From: Candidatus Kaiserbacteria bacterium
GTDB taxonomy: Bacteria > Patescibacteriota > Minisyncoccia > Phycocordibacterales > Phycocordibacteraceae
Direction: 5' to 3'
Length of the DNA: 64,000 nucleotides
Assembly (NCBI GenBank): GCA_963699165.1
Contig: OY969413.1
Span: forward strand, 724,562 to 788,561
Of this stretch, positions 26,834 to 38,022 are shown piece by piece. The position numbers were made by a program, and so were the translations under genes. Position 1 is the first letter of the stretch. Each line of letters starts with the position of its first letter. The notes under the pieces are model-generated. The model had not been told where the DNA came from, did not search any database, and saw only the letters and a program-made list of their open reading frames with translations.

Positions 26834-26930
26834 ATGGAATGTGTATGTCGCACCTTGTAAAGAGAAACTCCGCGTCGCGGAGTTTCATATGTATATAAGG
26901 TATCGCCGATTGGTCACATTGTCAATCCGG

Positions 26931-27906
26931 TGTACGCGTCCAGTACTTTTGGCAGTCCCCGACGGTTAATGTACACACAATATACCGCAAGGGGGACACC
27001 ATGCCGAGCGACTGGTGCGGGCGTTTGGTGTTGTACCAGATCAGCCAGTCGACAAGCTTCAGATTGAAGGAATGAATATCGTCCCGCAGCAGGCCCCGAT
27101 TCAGCATGATGAAGTCCTCGGACACGGTGCGATTGAATCGTTCGACGTGGGCATTCATCTTGGGAGTGCGGGGGCGGGTGTGAAAGTGCGTGAGCCCGAG
27201 TTCGGCACAGGCATCCTCGAAGTGTTTGGCGAACTCGCTCCCGTTGTCGGTCTGCAACTCGTCGATATCGAAGGGGCAAACCTCGATGACTCGGCGAAGG
27301 AAGTCGTCCGCGCTTCTCGACGAGTGGTTCGTATACGCGCCCGCAAAGGCGAACTTCCGCTCCACGTCCACTGCCGTGAGGACGTACCGCTTCACTGTAC
27401 GCGTCCAGTACTTTTGGCAGTCCCCGACGGTTAATGTACACACAATATACCGCAAGGGGGACACCATGCCGAGCGACTGGTGCGGGCGTTTGGTGTTGTA
27501 CCAGATCAGCCAGTCGACAAGCTTCAGATTGAAGGAATGAATATCGTCCCGCAGCAGGCCCCGATTCAGCATGATGAAGTCCTCGGACACGGTGCGATTG
27601 AATCGTTCGACGTGGGCATTCATCTTGGGAGTGCGGGGGCGGGTGTGAAAGTGCGTGAGCCCGAGTTCGGCACAGGCATCCTCGAAGTGTTTGGCGAACT
27701 CGCTCCCGTTGTCGGTCTGCAACTCGTCGATATCGAAGGGGCAAACCTCGATGACTCGGCGAAGGAAGTCGTCCGCGCTTCTCGACGAGTGGTTCGTATA
27801 CGCGCCCGCAAAGGCGAACTTCCGCTCCACGTCCACTGCCGTGAGGACGTACCGCTTCACTGTACGCGTCCAGTACTTTTGGCAGTCCCCGACGGTTAAT
27901 GTACAC
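26931..27906 (-). repeat. Tandem 465-bp fragments of IS element B (two full units plus 46 bp)
   Basis: Units 26931-27395, 27396-27860 and 27861-27906 each begin TGTACGCGTCC. Confidence 0.9.
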
Positions 27907-27936
27907 TGTACCGACCCCTATTCTTCAGACCACTTC

Positions 27937-28749
27937 CTAGACGAGTGAAGATAGTGTACGGGTGATGTGCGATTTCGCAAACTCTCTCGGTGCCATCTTG
28001 AGTGTTGAGTGTATACGCACGGTGTTGTACCGGTGAATTGTCTGATAGATTTCAGCAACAAGTTCACCAAGCGTATCGAAGCGATTGGGATCGCCCAGAT
28101 CAGTTTTGAATTTTCCATAGAACGATTCTTGGTACCCGTTCTCCCACGGACAGCCCTTTTTTGAGCGAGAGATGCTGATGCCGAAATTGATGAGCATCTC
28201 TCGGAAGGATGCGGCATTGTATTCCACTCCGTTGTCGCTGTGAAAGATGGTGGGACGAGGATGGTTGAGAAGTGCCGCGCACAATGCCTGCGTCACAAGT
28301 ACGGTTCCACCTCGCGTACCAATGGCGAGCCCAACGACACTTCGAGTGTATACGTCCATGGTGGTTGCCACACGAATGTCTTTCCCTTTGAAATACACAT
28401 GAGTGAAATCAGCGACCCATGCTTGATGCGGATAGGCGGGTACAATCCGCATCAGGAGATTTGGATACTCCACGGCTTGTTTCCTTGATTTCCTCCACCG
28501 TCTTCCTCTTCTTCGATATGCTTTGATACCAAAGAGTCGCATGACTCTTTGAACCTTCTTTTTGTTCTCCTTGAGATACAGGGCAACTCTCCGGTATCCA
28601 TACGAAGGAAACTCTCGAAGGACTTCTTCAATACGGCATTTGAGTGCCCAGTCTTTGTCAGGCTTCTTCTTTTGATACCAGAAGGTGGAACGAGCTATAC
28701 CAAGAGTACGCGCTGTTGTGCGCGTACCAATCGGAGATTCTTTGCTCAC
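27937..28749 (-). CDS. IS3 transposase OrfB
   Basis: WVADFT, HSDNGVEY, PWENGYQESF. Confidence 0.9.
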   Translation of the reverse strand: MSKESPIGTRTTARTLGIARSTFWYQKKKPDKDWALKCRIEEVLREFPSYGYRRVALYLKENKKKVQRVMRLFGIKAYRRRGRRWRKSRKQAVEYPNLLMRIVPAYPHQAWVADFTHVYFKGKDIRVATTMDVYTRSVVGLAIGTRGGTVLVTQALCAALLNHPRPTIFHSDNGVEYNAASFREMLINFGISISRSKKGCPWENGYQESFYGKFKTDLGDPNRFDTLGELVAEIYQTIHRYNTVRIHSTLKMAPREFAKSHITRTLSSLV

Positions 28750-29003
28750 TTCTTTTTTTGGGTTTCAGACAGCTTGAGCGTCATGAGTCCAACAAGACGA
28801 AGGAGTTCGTCATTCTCTTTTCGAAGTCTCGCAATCTCAAGAACAGATGCGGTACCGTCTTGCACTTTCGCACCAAGCCAGCCATAGATGGTGGTCTCGT
28901 GGATACCATGCTCTTTGGCCGCTTGGGCGACAGTGACACCATCGTTCTTGATTCGATTAATGATTTGTTCCTTCACCTCAGGAGCGATGCGGTATTGCTT
29001 CAT
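28746..29003 (-). CDS. IS3 transposase OrfA
   Basis: HTH. Ends with an A7G run and a GTGA overlap with OrfB. Confidence 0.88.
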   Translation of the reverse strand: MKQYRIAPEVKEQIINRIKNDGVTVAQAAKEHGIHETTIYGWLGAKVQDGTASVLEIARLRKENDELLRLVGLMTLKLSETQKKK

Positions 29004-29116
29004 ATGACGTCATTCTAGCGGTTAATCCCGTCTAGAACATGGTCTGAAATTTGGGGGTCAGGTCAGACTGCCAAATGTATCTGAACTTATGCATCCGGCA
29101 CCGCGCCCAGGATTCC

Positions 29117-30046
29117 CGTAATGGTTCAATAGCTTGGACGCGATATCATCGCGTCATGGCATACACACAAAACCCGCACATGCCCAAGGTCAGAAGGGAT
29201 GCTGCAGACATGGTGAGGAGAGGATATACGCCCACCGAGGTTGGCCGTCGGTTCGGCGTCGGGTCGAGTACGGTATGCAAATGGGTGAAGAAGGCGAAGA
29301 TATACGGGTATCATCCGATTCCGACGCTCTCATCAAAACCGAGGAATCATCCAAACGAGCTGCCGTCGAAGATTGTGAACAAGATTGTCGAGAAGCGTCT
29401 CGTACTCAAACGCTCGGCCGAGGTCGTACACCGGGCGCTCGAAGACGAGGGTGTCTCGGTGTCGCTCTCGTCGGTGAAGCGGACGCTCGGTCGTTTCGGC
29501 CTCATCAAAAAGCGGAGCCCGTGGAAACGGTACCACCCGCACTCGGAACGTCCGGAAGCCGCATATCCGGGCGCTCTTGTGGAGGTGGACACCATCCATC
29601 TGGCACTCCACGGCAAAACGGTTCTGTACGTGTATACACTAATCGATGTATACAGCCGTTGGGCGTACGCCTGGGCGACCCCGCGCATCAACTGCCGCGT
29701 CTCTCTCCTCTTCGTGAAGCGGGCACAGGTTGCGGCACCATTCCTGTTCGAGTGCGTGCAGACCGACAATGGCCCCGAGTTCTCCATGCACTTCACCGAA
29801 CGCCTCTCGATACGCCATCGACACACGAGAGTCAGGCAGAGCAACGACAATGCGCACGTCGAGCGATTCAATCGCACACTGCGTGAAGAGTGTCTTGATG
29901 CTCTTTCGATTGAGATACGGGCAATCAATGCGATTCTGCCGACCTATCTGAGCGGGTACAACACCACCCGCCACCACTTCGGGCTCGACCTCAAAACGCC
30001 GCTCGCCATATTAACAGAATGCGTCCAAGCTATTGATTAGAAAACG
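29117..30046 (+). mobile_element. IS481-family element A, copy 2 (930 bp; transposase 29156-30040)
   Basis: 6-bp TSD GATTCC (29111-29116 and 30047-30052). Confidence 0.93.
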
Positions 30047-30460
30047 GATTCCGAGGAACGTGGGGATATCCGGGACTCTAGTAACCGACTGGTGAAAGTA
30101 AAACACCGACCGGTCGTTTCCTTCGCCAACAACGTAGATGCGTTTCCGCGGTCCTGCGCCGATGAAGGCCAGAATGATACCGGCGACGAGCGCACCGCCG
30201 GTTTCGATGTGATACCCGACGCCGTTAGGAGAACAAAGAACGATCAAAATGTCGCACTCCATGACAGCCCTCGCCATGCGTTCCGCCGCTTCCGCCGCCA
30301 GATTGGCATGCTTCTCGAACGGTTTCGGTACCGGGTTTTCCGTCCAATCATACGCCACGACGTATCCGAGAATGGTGAGTATATGAAATAAGTCACGCAC
30401 GACGGCTTCCATTTTCCCGGTTTTGCTTGCAATATACACTGACTTTCTTTGATCCTGCAT
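30011..30460 (-). CDS. Nucleoside 2-deoxyribosyltransferase-like protein, C-terminus altered by IS insertions
   Basis: VYIAS, YDWT, AVMECDILIVL, GYHIETGGA. Confidence 0.6.
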   Translation of the reverse strand: MQDQRKSVYIASKTGKMEAVVRDLFHILTILGYVVAYDWTENPVPKPFEKHANLAAEAAERMARAVMECDILIVLCSPNGVGYHIETGGALVAGIILAFIGAGPRKRIYVVGEGNDRSVFYFHQSVTRVPDIPTFLGIRFLINSLDAFC

Positions 30461-30583
30461 TGCGACTCCTTTCTTCCAAATGCAGATGAGAACGGCTTGC
30501 TTCGAGCGTCAAACGCCGACGTTTTCACCGTTTTGAGAAAGTATTTCAACTACGCGACGCGCAACGCGTTATACTTCACATAT

Positions 30584-32332
30584 ATGCACGTTTCGGAAAG
30601 CGAATTGAAAGAATTCATCATCGACTCCGGTCTGGTCGCAAAAAAAGACATCGATGCGGCCGCGCTCGTCGCGCAGGAGCGTAACCAACCGCTCGGCGAC
30701 ATTCTTGTTTCGCAAGGTTCGCTGACCGAAGACGCGCTTCGGCGCATTCAGGCGTATGTGCTCGGCGTGCCTTTCGTAAACCTGAAGGAATACCGCATTC
30801 CGCTCGATGTTCTCATGCTCATTCCCGAGCCGATTGCGCGCACGCACAACATCATCGCGTACAAAAAAGACAACGAGTCGCTCGAAGTGGCGATGCTCGA
30901 CGTCGACGACCTCGCCTCCATCGATTCTTTGCGCAAAAAAACCGGCTTTAAAATTCTCGTTCGGCTCACGGACACCGACAGCATCAAGCATTCGCTGTTG
31001 CAGTATCAAAAATCGCTCAAAGACGAGTTCGGCGACATTATCTCGACCGAGGCGGGAAAAATCCGCGTTGTTACGACAAACGAAAAAGACCCGACCGGCG
31101 ACGACCTTAAAAAAATGGCCGAGGATTTGCCGATTGTGCGCATTGTCGACACGCTTTTGCGCCACGCGATTGTGCAGGGCGCGTCCGACATCCACATCGA
31201 ACCGATGGAGGAAGAGGTGCTCGTGCGGTATCGCATCGACGGCATTTTGCACGACGCGATGACGCTGCCGAAAGTCGCGGCGGCCAGCATCGCTGCGCGC
31301 ATCAAAGTGCTCTCCAACTTGAAGCTCGACGAAAAACGCTTGCCGCAGGACGGCCGTTTCAAAATGGAAACCGAGGCAGACCGCGTTTCCTTCCGCGTGT
31401 CGGTTCTGCCGACGTTTTTCGGCGAAAAAATCGTCATGCGCCTCCTTCGCGAGACGGGCGAAGGATTTACGCTTGAGGCGCTCGGTCTGCACGGCGAAAA
31501 TCTTGAGCGCATCGAGCACGCGCTCAACCAGACGACCGGCATCGTGCTTATTTCCGGACCGACCGGCTCGGGCAAAACCACGACACTGTACACGATGCTC
31601 GACATTTTGAACAAGCCGGACGTGAATATTTCCACCGTCGAAGACCCGGTCGAGTACCAGATGAAGCGCATCAACCAAACGCAGGTAAATCCGCAAATCG
31701 GATTCACGTTTGCAAACGGACTGCGCTCGCTCTTGCGCCAGGACCCCGACATCATCATGGTCGGAGAAATCCGAGACAACGAAACGGCATCGCTCGCCAT
31801 CAATGCCGCGCTTACGGGGCACCTTGTGCTTTCGACCATTCACACAAACAGCGCGGCGGGCGCGATTCCGCGCCTCATCGACATGGATGTGGAGCCGTTT
31901 CTTCTAACCTCGACGATTCGCGTCGTGGTGGGACAGCGGCTCGTGCGCAAACTCTGCGACAACAAAGAACCGTACGCGGTCGACAAAACCATGCGCGCAA
32001 AAATCGCGAGCGAAGAAGCGTTCAATAACGCGTTCAAAGCGCTCGTCGACGAAAAACTCGTAAAAAAGGGAGCGACGCTCGATGACACGGCATTTTATCG
32101 GCCGGTTCCGTCGGACGATTCCGAGGACGGCTACAAGGGCCGCATCGGCATTCACGAGGTGCTTGCGGTGTCGCCGGCCATTCGCGAAGCGATACTGCAT
32201 TCGAGCGCGCCGGACGCGATTGAAGCGCAGGCGAAAAAAGAGGGGATGCTCACGATGCTCGAAGACGGCTTGTACAAAGCGATGCGCGGCATTACCAGTT
32301 TGGAAGAAGTGTTGCGCGCTATTTCCGAATGA
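30584..32332 (+). CDS. pilB: Type IV pilus assembly ATPase (GspE/PilB)
   Basis: ASDIHIEP, GPTGSGKTTTLY, LRQDPDIIMVGEIRD. Confidence 0.93.
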   Translation: MHVSESELKEFIIDSGLVAKKDIDAAALVAQERNQPLGDILVSQGSLTEDALRRIQAYVLGVPFVNLKEYRIPLDVLMLIPEPIARTHNIIAYKKDNESLEVAMLDVDDLASIDSLRKKTGFKILVRLTDTDSIKHSLLQYQKSLKDEFGDIISTEAGKIRVVTTNEKDPTGDDLKKMAEDLPIVRIVDTLLRHAIVQGASDIHIEPMEEEVLVRYRIDGILHDAMTLPKVAAASIAARIKVLSNLKLDEKRLPQDGRFKMETEADRVSFRVSVLPTFFGEKIVMRLLRETGEGFTLEALGLHGENLERIEHALNQTTGIVLISGPTGSGKTTTLYTMLDILNKPDVNISTVEDPVEYQMKRINQTQVNPQIGFTFANGLRSLLRQDPDIIMVGEIRDNETASLAINAALTGHLVLSTIHTNSAAGAIPRLIDMDVEPFLLTSTIRVVVGQRLVRKLCDNKEPYAVDKTMRAKIASEEAFNNAFKALVDEKLVKKGATLDDTAFYRPVPSDDSEDGYKGRIGIHEVLAVSPAIREAILHSSAPDAIEAQAKKEGMLTMLEDGLYKAMRGITSLEEVLRAISE

Positions 32333-33549
32333 CCATGAAATTCCGCGCGCATATACGAAAAGAGGGTTTACCGGATACGACGACCGTCATCGAGGCGCCG
32401 ACGCGGTTCGCCGTATATGAACAGGTCGAAAAAGAAGGAGGCGTTGTAGTCGAACTGACCGAGGATACCGGAGGGTTCGCGCTTCCCAAATGGATGAGTA
32501 TCGAAATCGGCGGCGGCGTAAAGCGCAGCGATGTCATTCACATGGCGACGAATCTTTCCGCGATGCTTACTGCCAGCTTGTCGCTTTCGCGCGCTCTTTC
32601 CGTCATCGAACGGCAAACGAAAAAGAAACGGCTCAAAGCGGTCCTGGACGACCTTTCCGAATCAATCAAGAAAGGACTTTCGTTCCACGAAGCGCTTGCA
32701 AAACATCCGGACGTATTCCCGGATTTATTCGTCGCGATGGTGCGCGCCGGCGAAGAGTCGGGGTCGCTTTCCGAATCGCTCACGAACGTTGCGGTGCAAA
32801 TGCAGCGCTCCGAAGAACTTGTCGGCAAGGTGCGCGGCGCGATGATTTATCCGTCCATCGTGCTTACGGCCGTGCTCATCGTCGGCGTGCTCATGCTCAT
32901 CTTCGTCGTGCCGACGCTGACGAGCACGTTTACTTCGCTCAAAGTTCAAGTGCCACTCGCGACGCAAATCATTGTCGCAGTTTCAAACTTCATGGTGTCA
33001 AACGTGCTTCTCGTGCTCGCGGGACTTGTCGTTCTTGTCATCGGCGGCATCCTCTTTCTGCGCTCGCGCGCCGGCGGCCGCTGTGTGCTTGCTTTGGCGC
33101 GGCGCATGCCGGTCGTCGGCGAACTCGTGTGCGAAACCTACGCCGCGCGCACCGCTCGCACACTTTCGTCTCTGCTTTCGTCCGGCGTGCCGGTCCTCGA
33201 TGCGCTTGCCATAACGAAACAGGTCGTCGGCGCCGACGTCTTTGCAAAAGTCATCGCGGAAGCGGAAGAGCATGTGAAGAAAGGGGAGCTGCTTTCGACG
33301 GCATTTACGGAACATACGGCTCTGTATCCGGTATTGCTGAGCGAGATGCTCACGGTGGGCGAAGAGACCGGCAAGGTCTCGGACATGCTGAAACAGATTG
33401 CGGAGTTTTATGAAGGCGATGTCGCGGAAAAAACAAAAGATCTTTCTACTATCATCGAACCGGTACTGATGCTTTTCATCGGCGCATTCGTCGGCGTCTT
33501 TGCGGTATCGATGATTGCGCCGATTTATTCGCTTTCATCGGCATTTTAA
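32329..33549 (+). CDS. pilC: Type IV pilus platform protein (GspF/PilC)
   Basis: AGEESGSL, AMIYP, GEETGK, IIEP. Confidence 0.92.
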   Translation: MTMKFRAHIRKEGLPDTTTVIEAPTRFAVYEQVEKEGGVVVELTEDTGGFALPKWMSIEIGGGVKRSDVIHMATNLSAMLTASLSLSRALSVIERQTKKKRLKAVLDDLSESIKKGLSFHEALAKHPDVFPDLFVAMVRAGEESGSLSESLTNVAVQMQRSEELVGKVRGAMIYPSIVLTAVLIVGVLMLIFVVPTLTSTFTSLKVQVPLATQIIVAVSNFMVSNVLLVLAGLVVLVIGGILFLRSRAGGRCVLALARRMPVVGELVCETYAARTARTLSSLLSSGVPVLDALAITKQVVGADVFAKVIAEAEEHVKKGELLSTAFTEHTALYPVLLSEMLTVGEETGKVSDMLKQIAEFYEGDVAEKTKDLSTIIEPVLMLFIGAFVGVFAVSMIAPIYSLSSAF

Positions 33550-35250
33550 ATGTTGCCTCGCGCGCGCGCATTCAGCTTGATTGATGTGGTGGTGGGAGTG
33601 GCGCTCTTGCTCGTGCTGTTTATGGCGCTTTTCGGCGTCTTGCGCGCGTCGCTCGTTCTTTCCACGGTCGCGAAAGCGCAGGCGGCGGCCGTCGAACTTG
33701 CAAATACTCAGATGGAATATTTGCGCGGCCTTTCGTACGACTCGCTCGGAACCGTTGGCGGCATTCCTTCGGGCGCCGTACCACAGTATGCGACTTCTAC
33801 GGTCGACGGAATCCAGTATGTCACCCGCACCTATGTCGAATATTACGACGATCCGGCCGACGGCATCGGCGTAAACGATTCAAACGGCGTTACGACCGAC
33901 TATAAGGTGGGGAAGGTGACCGTTTCGTATTCGTACGAAGGCCTTGCGAAATCAATCGTCCTCGTCTCCAATTTTGTCCCGCCCGGACTCGAGTCCTCGA
34001 CGGGCGGCGGCACGCTGGTGCTGCATATCGTGGGCGCAGCGGGACAAAACCTGAGCGATGCGAGCGTGCAAATCGTCAACGCCTCCACGACACCGGCGGT
34101 GAATTTCACCACATTCAGCGACACATCGGGACTTGTGATGATTGGCGGAGCCGCAACCTCGTCGATGTACCAAATATATGTATCGCGGAGCGGCTACTCG
34201 AGCGCGCAAACCTATGCCCGCGCCGGCCAAAACGTGAACCCTACTCCGGGATATTTGACCGTCGTAAAAAATCAGACAACGAGCGCGACGTTTGCCATCG
34301 ACCAGTTGTCATCCCTCACGCTTTCGAGTTTCTCGCCCGCAACGACCACCGCCTTTTCCGATTTGTTCTCGAATGCGTCAAATCTCGCCTCGCAAACCAA
34401 TACGCAAGTTGCGGGCGGCGCACTTACGCTTGCGAGCCAGGCGCTTTCGGGAAACGCTCATTCAATCTCGATTGCGCCGAATGCGCTTGCCGGCTGGGGA
34501 ATTCTTTCGGCAACTATTTCAACGCCGAACGGCACAACGGCGGTTATCCGCGTCGATGACGCATCCGGCAATCCGGTGCCCGATGCTATGCTTCCTGGCA
34601 ACGCCGCGGGATTCTCGTCGTTCCCGATCTCGCTCACCGCCATCGCGACAAGCACATATCCCGCGCTTACGCTCGAAGCGGATTTGACGAGCAATGCAAC
34701 CACAACCACTTCTTCCATTCTCGATTGGTCACTGTCATACACGCAAGGGTTGCTCGCATTGTCGAATGTTTCTTTCACGCTCACCGGCGCGAAAACCATC
34801 GGAACGAACGGGAGCGGCCTGCCGATCTATAAAACGATCGTGAATGACACGACCGGAGCGACGGGAACGGTAACGGAACCGCTCGAGTGGGATGCCTATA
34901 CGCTTGGTCTCGGCGGCGGCAATCTTATCGAAGCGTGCCCGAGTTCGCCGATTTCGCTCATGCCCGCACAAGCGTCGTCGACCGCACTTATCGTCGGACA
35001 GCCGACGCAAAATACGCTGCTCGCCGCTATTCAAGACGGCAGCCATAACGTTATCTCCGGTGCACGCGTGACGCTCGCAAAAGCGGGCTACGCGGCAACG
35101 GTGCCAACGTCGGCATGCGGACTTGCGTATTTCGGCGGTCTTGCCGCCGGCACGTATAGCGCCAGCGTTTCGGCGGCGGGCCATACGACGACCGTGTTTC
35201 CGAATATTTCCGTTGCCGGACATGCGACAACGACGCTGACTTTGCCATGA
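33550..35250 (+). CDS. Large prepilin-like protein with carboxypeptidase-regulatory-like beta domains
   Basis: AFSLIDVVVG N-terminus (degenerate prepilin motif) and T/S/G-rich beta sequence. Confidence 0.75.
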   Translation: MLPRARAFSLIDVVVGVALLLVLFMALFGVLRASLVLSTVAKAQAAAVELANTQMEYLRGLSYDSLGTVGGIPSGAVPQYATSTVDGIQYVTRTYVEYYDDPADGIGVNDSNGVTTDYKVGKVTVSYSYEGLAKSIVLVSNFVPPGLESSTGGGTLVLHIVGAAGQNLSDASVQIVNASTTPAVNFTTFSDTSGLVMIGGAATSSMYQIYVSRSGYSSAQTYARAGQNVNPTPGYLTVVKNQTTSATFAIDQLSSLTLSSFSPATTTAFSDLFSNASNLASQTNTQVAGGALTLASQALSGNAHSISIAPNALAGWGILSATISTPNGTTAVIRVDDASGNPVPDAMLPGNAAGFSSFPISLTAIATSTYPALTLEADLTSNATTTTSSILDWSLSYTQGLLALSNVSFTLTGAKTIGTNGSGLPIYKTIVNDTTGATGTVTEPLEWDAYTLGLGGGNLIEACPSSPISLMPAQASSTALIVGQPTQNTLLAAIQDGSHNVISGARVTLAKAGYAATVPTSACGLAYFGGLAAGTYSASVSAAGHTTTVFPNISVAGHATTTLTLP

Positions 35251-35837
35251 CATACCGCGGCATGACCTTAATCGAAACCGTTGTGACCGTCGCATTGACG
35301 CTGATCATCTTTCTCGCGCTCGGCTCGATGATTATTTATTTTTACCGGACAAACGCGTATACGCTTCAGCAATCGACTGCCGTCGGACAGGCCCGCCGCG
35401 GCGTCGAAGATGCAATGCGGTATTTGCGCCAGTCGTCCTACGGCAGCGACGGTTCGTATCCCATTGAAGTCGCCGCGACATCGTCGATTACGTTTTACAC
35501 AAACACCGACAGCGATTCCGCAATCGAACGCGTGACATACTTGCTCTTAAACGGTGTGCTGTATCGCACCATTCAAAATCCGTCTGGCAATCCGCTTAGC
35601 TATGTCGGCGCAAGCACCGCGACTTCGACGGTTGCCGTTTCGGTCGTAAACGGCACGTCGACGCCGGTCTTCCGTTATTTCGATAACACTGGTTCGGAAC
35701 TTGCCCAACCGGTGAATGTCTCGAGGGTGGCCTCCGTCAGAACAACGGTCATCATCGATGTCGACGTAAACCGCGCGCCGGTCGCGTTCACGCTTTCCGG
35801 CGGCGCAACGTTGCGCAACCTGCGCAACCAACCATGA
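35247..35837 (+). CDS. Minor pilin / pseudopilin
   Basis: RGMTLIETVV N-methylation motif. Confidence 0.85.
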   Translation: MTYRGMTLIETVVTVALTLIIFLALGSMIIYFYRTNAYTLQQSTAVGQARRGVEDAMRYLRQSSYGSDGSYPIEVAATSSITFYTNTDSDSAIERVTYLLLNGVLYRTIQNPSGNPLSYVGASTATSTVAVSVVNGTSTPVFRYFDNTGSELAQPVNVSRVASVRTTVIIDVDVNRAPVAFTLSGGATLRNLRNQP

Positions 35838-37255
35838 AAAAGACGATCTTCGCCGGTTCGGTCACGCTGCTCGTCATCGTATTCGGTGCAATCTTTTTCT
35901 CCCTTCTCGCAGCGCTGTCGAGCTTCGTGCTTGTGCAAAATCATTCGCAGGACATAACGCGCGAACACTCGGAGGCCTTTGCGGTTGCCGAGGCCGGGCT
36001 TGAGTATTATCGCTGGTTTCTTTCTCACTATCCTGGCAATACGACAAACGGCACCGGACACGCCGGACCGTATGTGACGACGTATGCCGATCCGGAATAC
36101 GGCACGGCAGGGACGTATTCGCTTTCCGTTGTCGGCAACAGCTCCTGCGGCGCCGTACAATCGATTGATGTGACGAGCACCGGTGTACCGGGCGACGCTC
36201 CGAACGTTTCTGCGGTGCTTGTCGCGCGCTATGCGCAGCCATCCGTCGCGGCGTATTCCTATATTGTGAACAGCAGCGTGTGGGCCGGTTCCGACCGCAT
36301 CATCAACGGCCCGTACCACAGCAACGGCGGCATTCGCATGGACGGCACCGCGAACGCGCCGGTTACCAGTTCGGTTTCATCATGGACCTGCGACAGTAAC
36401 TTCGGCTGCTCGAATTCGCAAACCGTCGCGGGCGTGTTCGGCGCGGGCACCAACCAAAATTTGTGGGCATATCCGACGCCGAACGTCGACTTCAGCGGCA
36501 TACAGTCGAGTTTCGCGCCACTCAAAGCAACGGCGGTGGCGAGCGGATTATACTTGCCGCGATACTCGAGCAATTCGGGAAACAATTCGCACCGCGGCTA
36601 TCATCTCATTTTCAACGCCAACGGAACGATAACCGTAAACAAAGTGACCTCCACCACGGCGCTCGGCGAGCAGCCCGTGAATCCGGGCGACCCGCCGATC
36701 GATTACACACTAATCAACACTGAAACGCCGTACCAAACGCTGACCATCCCGAGCGGTTGCGGACTTATTTTCGTCGAAGACAACGTCTGGATTGAAGGTG
36801 TCATACCGAGCAAAGTTACGTTGGTTGCCGCCGGCGTCATCGATACCAGCTTCACGCCCGACGTCGTTCTGCACGACAACATAACCTATGCCGCAACCGA
36901 CGGTTCGGACGGACTTACCGTCATCGGCGCTCACGATATTCTCATTGCTCCCGATTCGCCGCAAAACATGACGCTTAACGGCATTTTCATAGCACAATCG
37001 GGCGCCTTCGGACGCAACAGTTACAGCTGCGATAATGGCACCTATGACCCGCGCGGCACGCTCACCATTCTCGGCACGACCGTTTCGAATTTGCGCACCG
37101 GCACAAAGTGGGAAAATGGATGCGGCCAAAACAACGACGGCGGGTATCAGACGCGCATCGATGCGTATGACCGGCAGAACTCGACCAATCCGCCGCCGTT
37201 TACGCCATACACTTCTTCGCAATGGCAATTCGTCGACTGGCAGGAGAAGTCATAG
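35834..37255 (+). CDS. PilX-like minor pilin
   Basis: GSVTLLVI..AFAVAEAGLEYYRW. Confidence 0.75.
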   Translation: MKKTIFAGSVTLLVIVFGAIFFSLLAALSSFVLVQNHSQDITREHSEAFAVAEAGLEYYRWFLSHYPGNTTNGTGHAGPYVTTYADPEYGTAGTYSLSVVGNSSCGAVQSIDVTSTGVPGDAPNVSAVLVARYAQPSVAAYSYIVNSSVWAGSDRIINGPYHSNGGIRMDGTANAPVTSSVSSWTCDSNFGCSNSQTVAGVFGAGTNQNLWAYPTPNVDFSGIQSSFAPLKATAVASGLYLPRYSSNSGNNSHRGYHLIFNANGTITVNKVTSTTALGEQPVNPGDPPIDYTLINTETPYQTLTIPSGCGLIFVEDNVWIEGVIPSKVTLVAAGVIDTSFTPDVVLHDNITYAATDGSDGLTVIGAHDILIAPDSPQNMTLNGIFIAQSGAFGRNSYSCDNGTYDPRGTLTILGTTVSNLRTGTKWENGCGQNNDGGYQTRIDAYDRQNSTNPPPFTPYTSSQWQFVDWQEKS

Positions 37256-37271
37256 CAAGCTGATATACTGA

Positions 37272-38021
37272 GTGCCTATGATCATTGTCGCCAACTGGAA
37301 GGCCTACGTTGAGGATTTGCCGAAAGCAAAAAAATTGGCGGCCGCCGCAAAGCGGCTTTCGGGCGCAAAAAATGTGAGCATCGTGCTTGCGCCGCCCGCG
37401 CCGCTCTTGAGCGCGCTTGCCGCGTCCAACAAGTCGGCGGTTGCTTTTTCCGCACAGGACATTTCGACGAGCGCGGGCGGCGCTCATACCGGCGAATCGA
37501 CCGCGCAAGCATTCTCCGCCGCAGGTGCCGCCTACACGATTGTCGGCCACTCGGAACGAAGGGCGGCAGGCGAAACGAATGCCGTCATCGCGGAAAAACT
37601 CGTGCGCGCGTTTGCGCACGGTCTTACGCCGATGTTGTGCGTGGGCGAGAAAGAACGCGACGGCGAGGGGCGGTACCTCGCACAAGTGCGCGAGGAACTT
37701 ACCGCGGCGCTCGTGGCGCTCGCGCCGAAAGAACGCGCGAAAGTCATCATCGCGTACGAGCCCCGGTGGGCCATCGGCAAAGGCGCGGCGTTTGCCATCG
37801 CCCCGAATGATTTGGCCGAGATGGTTCTCTACATTCGCAAGGTGCTCGGTGAACTTTTGAAAGGGAAAAGCGCCGCTCATTCAATCGTGCTCTACGGAGG
37901 TTCGGTTGAACCGGGCAATATCGCGATGCTCGCCAAAGGATCGGGAGTCGACGGCTTTCTCATCGGACATGCATCGGTGGAACCGGCAACGTTCTCGCTT
38001 CTCGTGAAAAATCTTTTGTGA
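37272..38021 (+). CDS. tpiA: Triosephosphate isomerase
   Basis: ANWK, GHSERR, AYEPRWAIG, LYGGSV. Confidence 0.96.
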   Translation: MPMIIVANWKAYVEDLPKAKKLAAAAKRLSGAKNVSIVLAPPAPLLSALAASNKSAVAFSAQDISTSAGGAHTGESTAQAFSAAGAAYTIVGHSERRAAGETNAVIAEKLVRAFAHGLTPMLCVGEKERDGEGRYLAQVREELTAALVALAPKERAKVIIAYEPRWAIGKGAAFAIAPNDLAEMVLYIRKVLGELLKGKSAAHSIVLYGGSVEPGNIAMLAKGSGVDGFLIGHASVEPATFSLLVKNLL

Positions 38022-38022
38022 C

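Larger units (their letters stand above)
27907..29065 (-). mobile_element. IS3-family element 2
   Basis: IRs TGTACCGACCCC..TTCAGACCA and TGACCTGACCCC..TTCAGACCA. OrfA and OrfB are homologous to the 6440-7589 element. Confidence 0.9.

Noticed and set aside
25460-26860. 466-aa ORF antisense to nusA (similar ones oppose pilB and virB4)
   Set aside because: Antisense shadows caused by codon bias, with no recognisable motifs.
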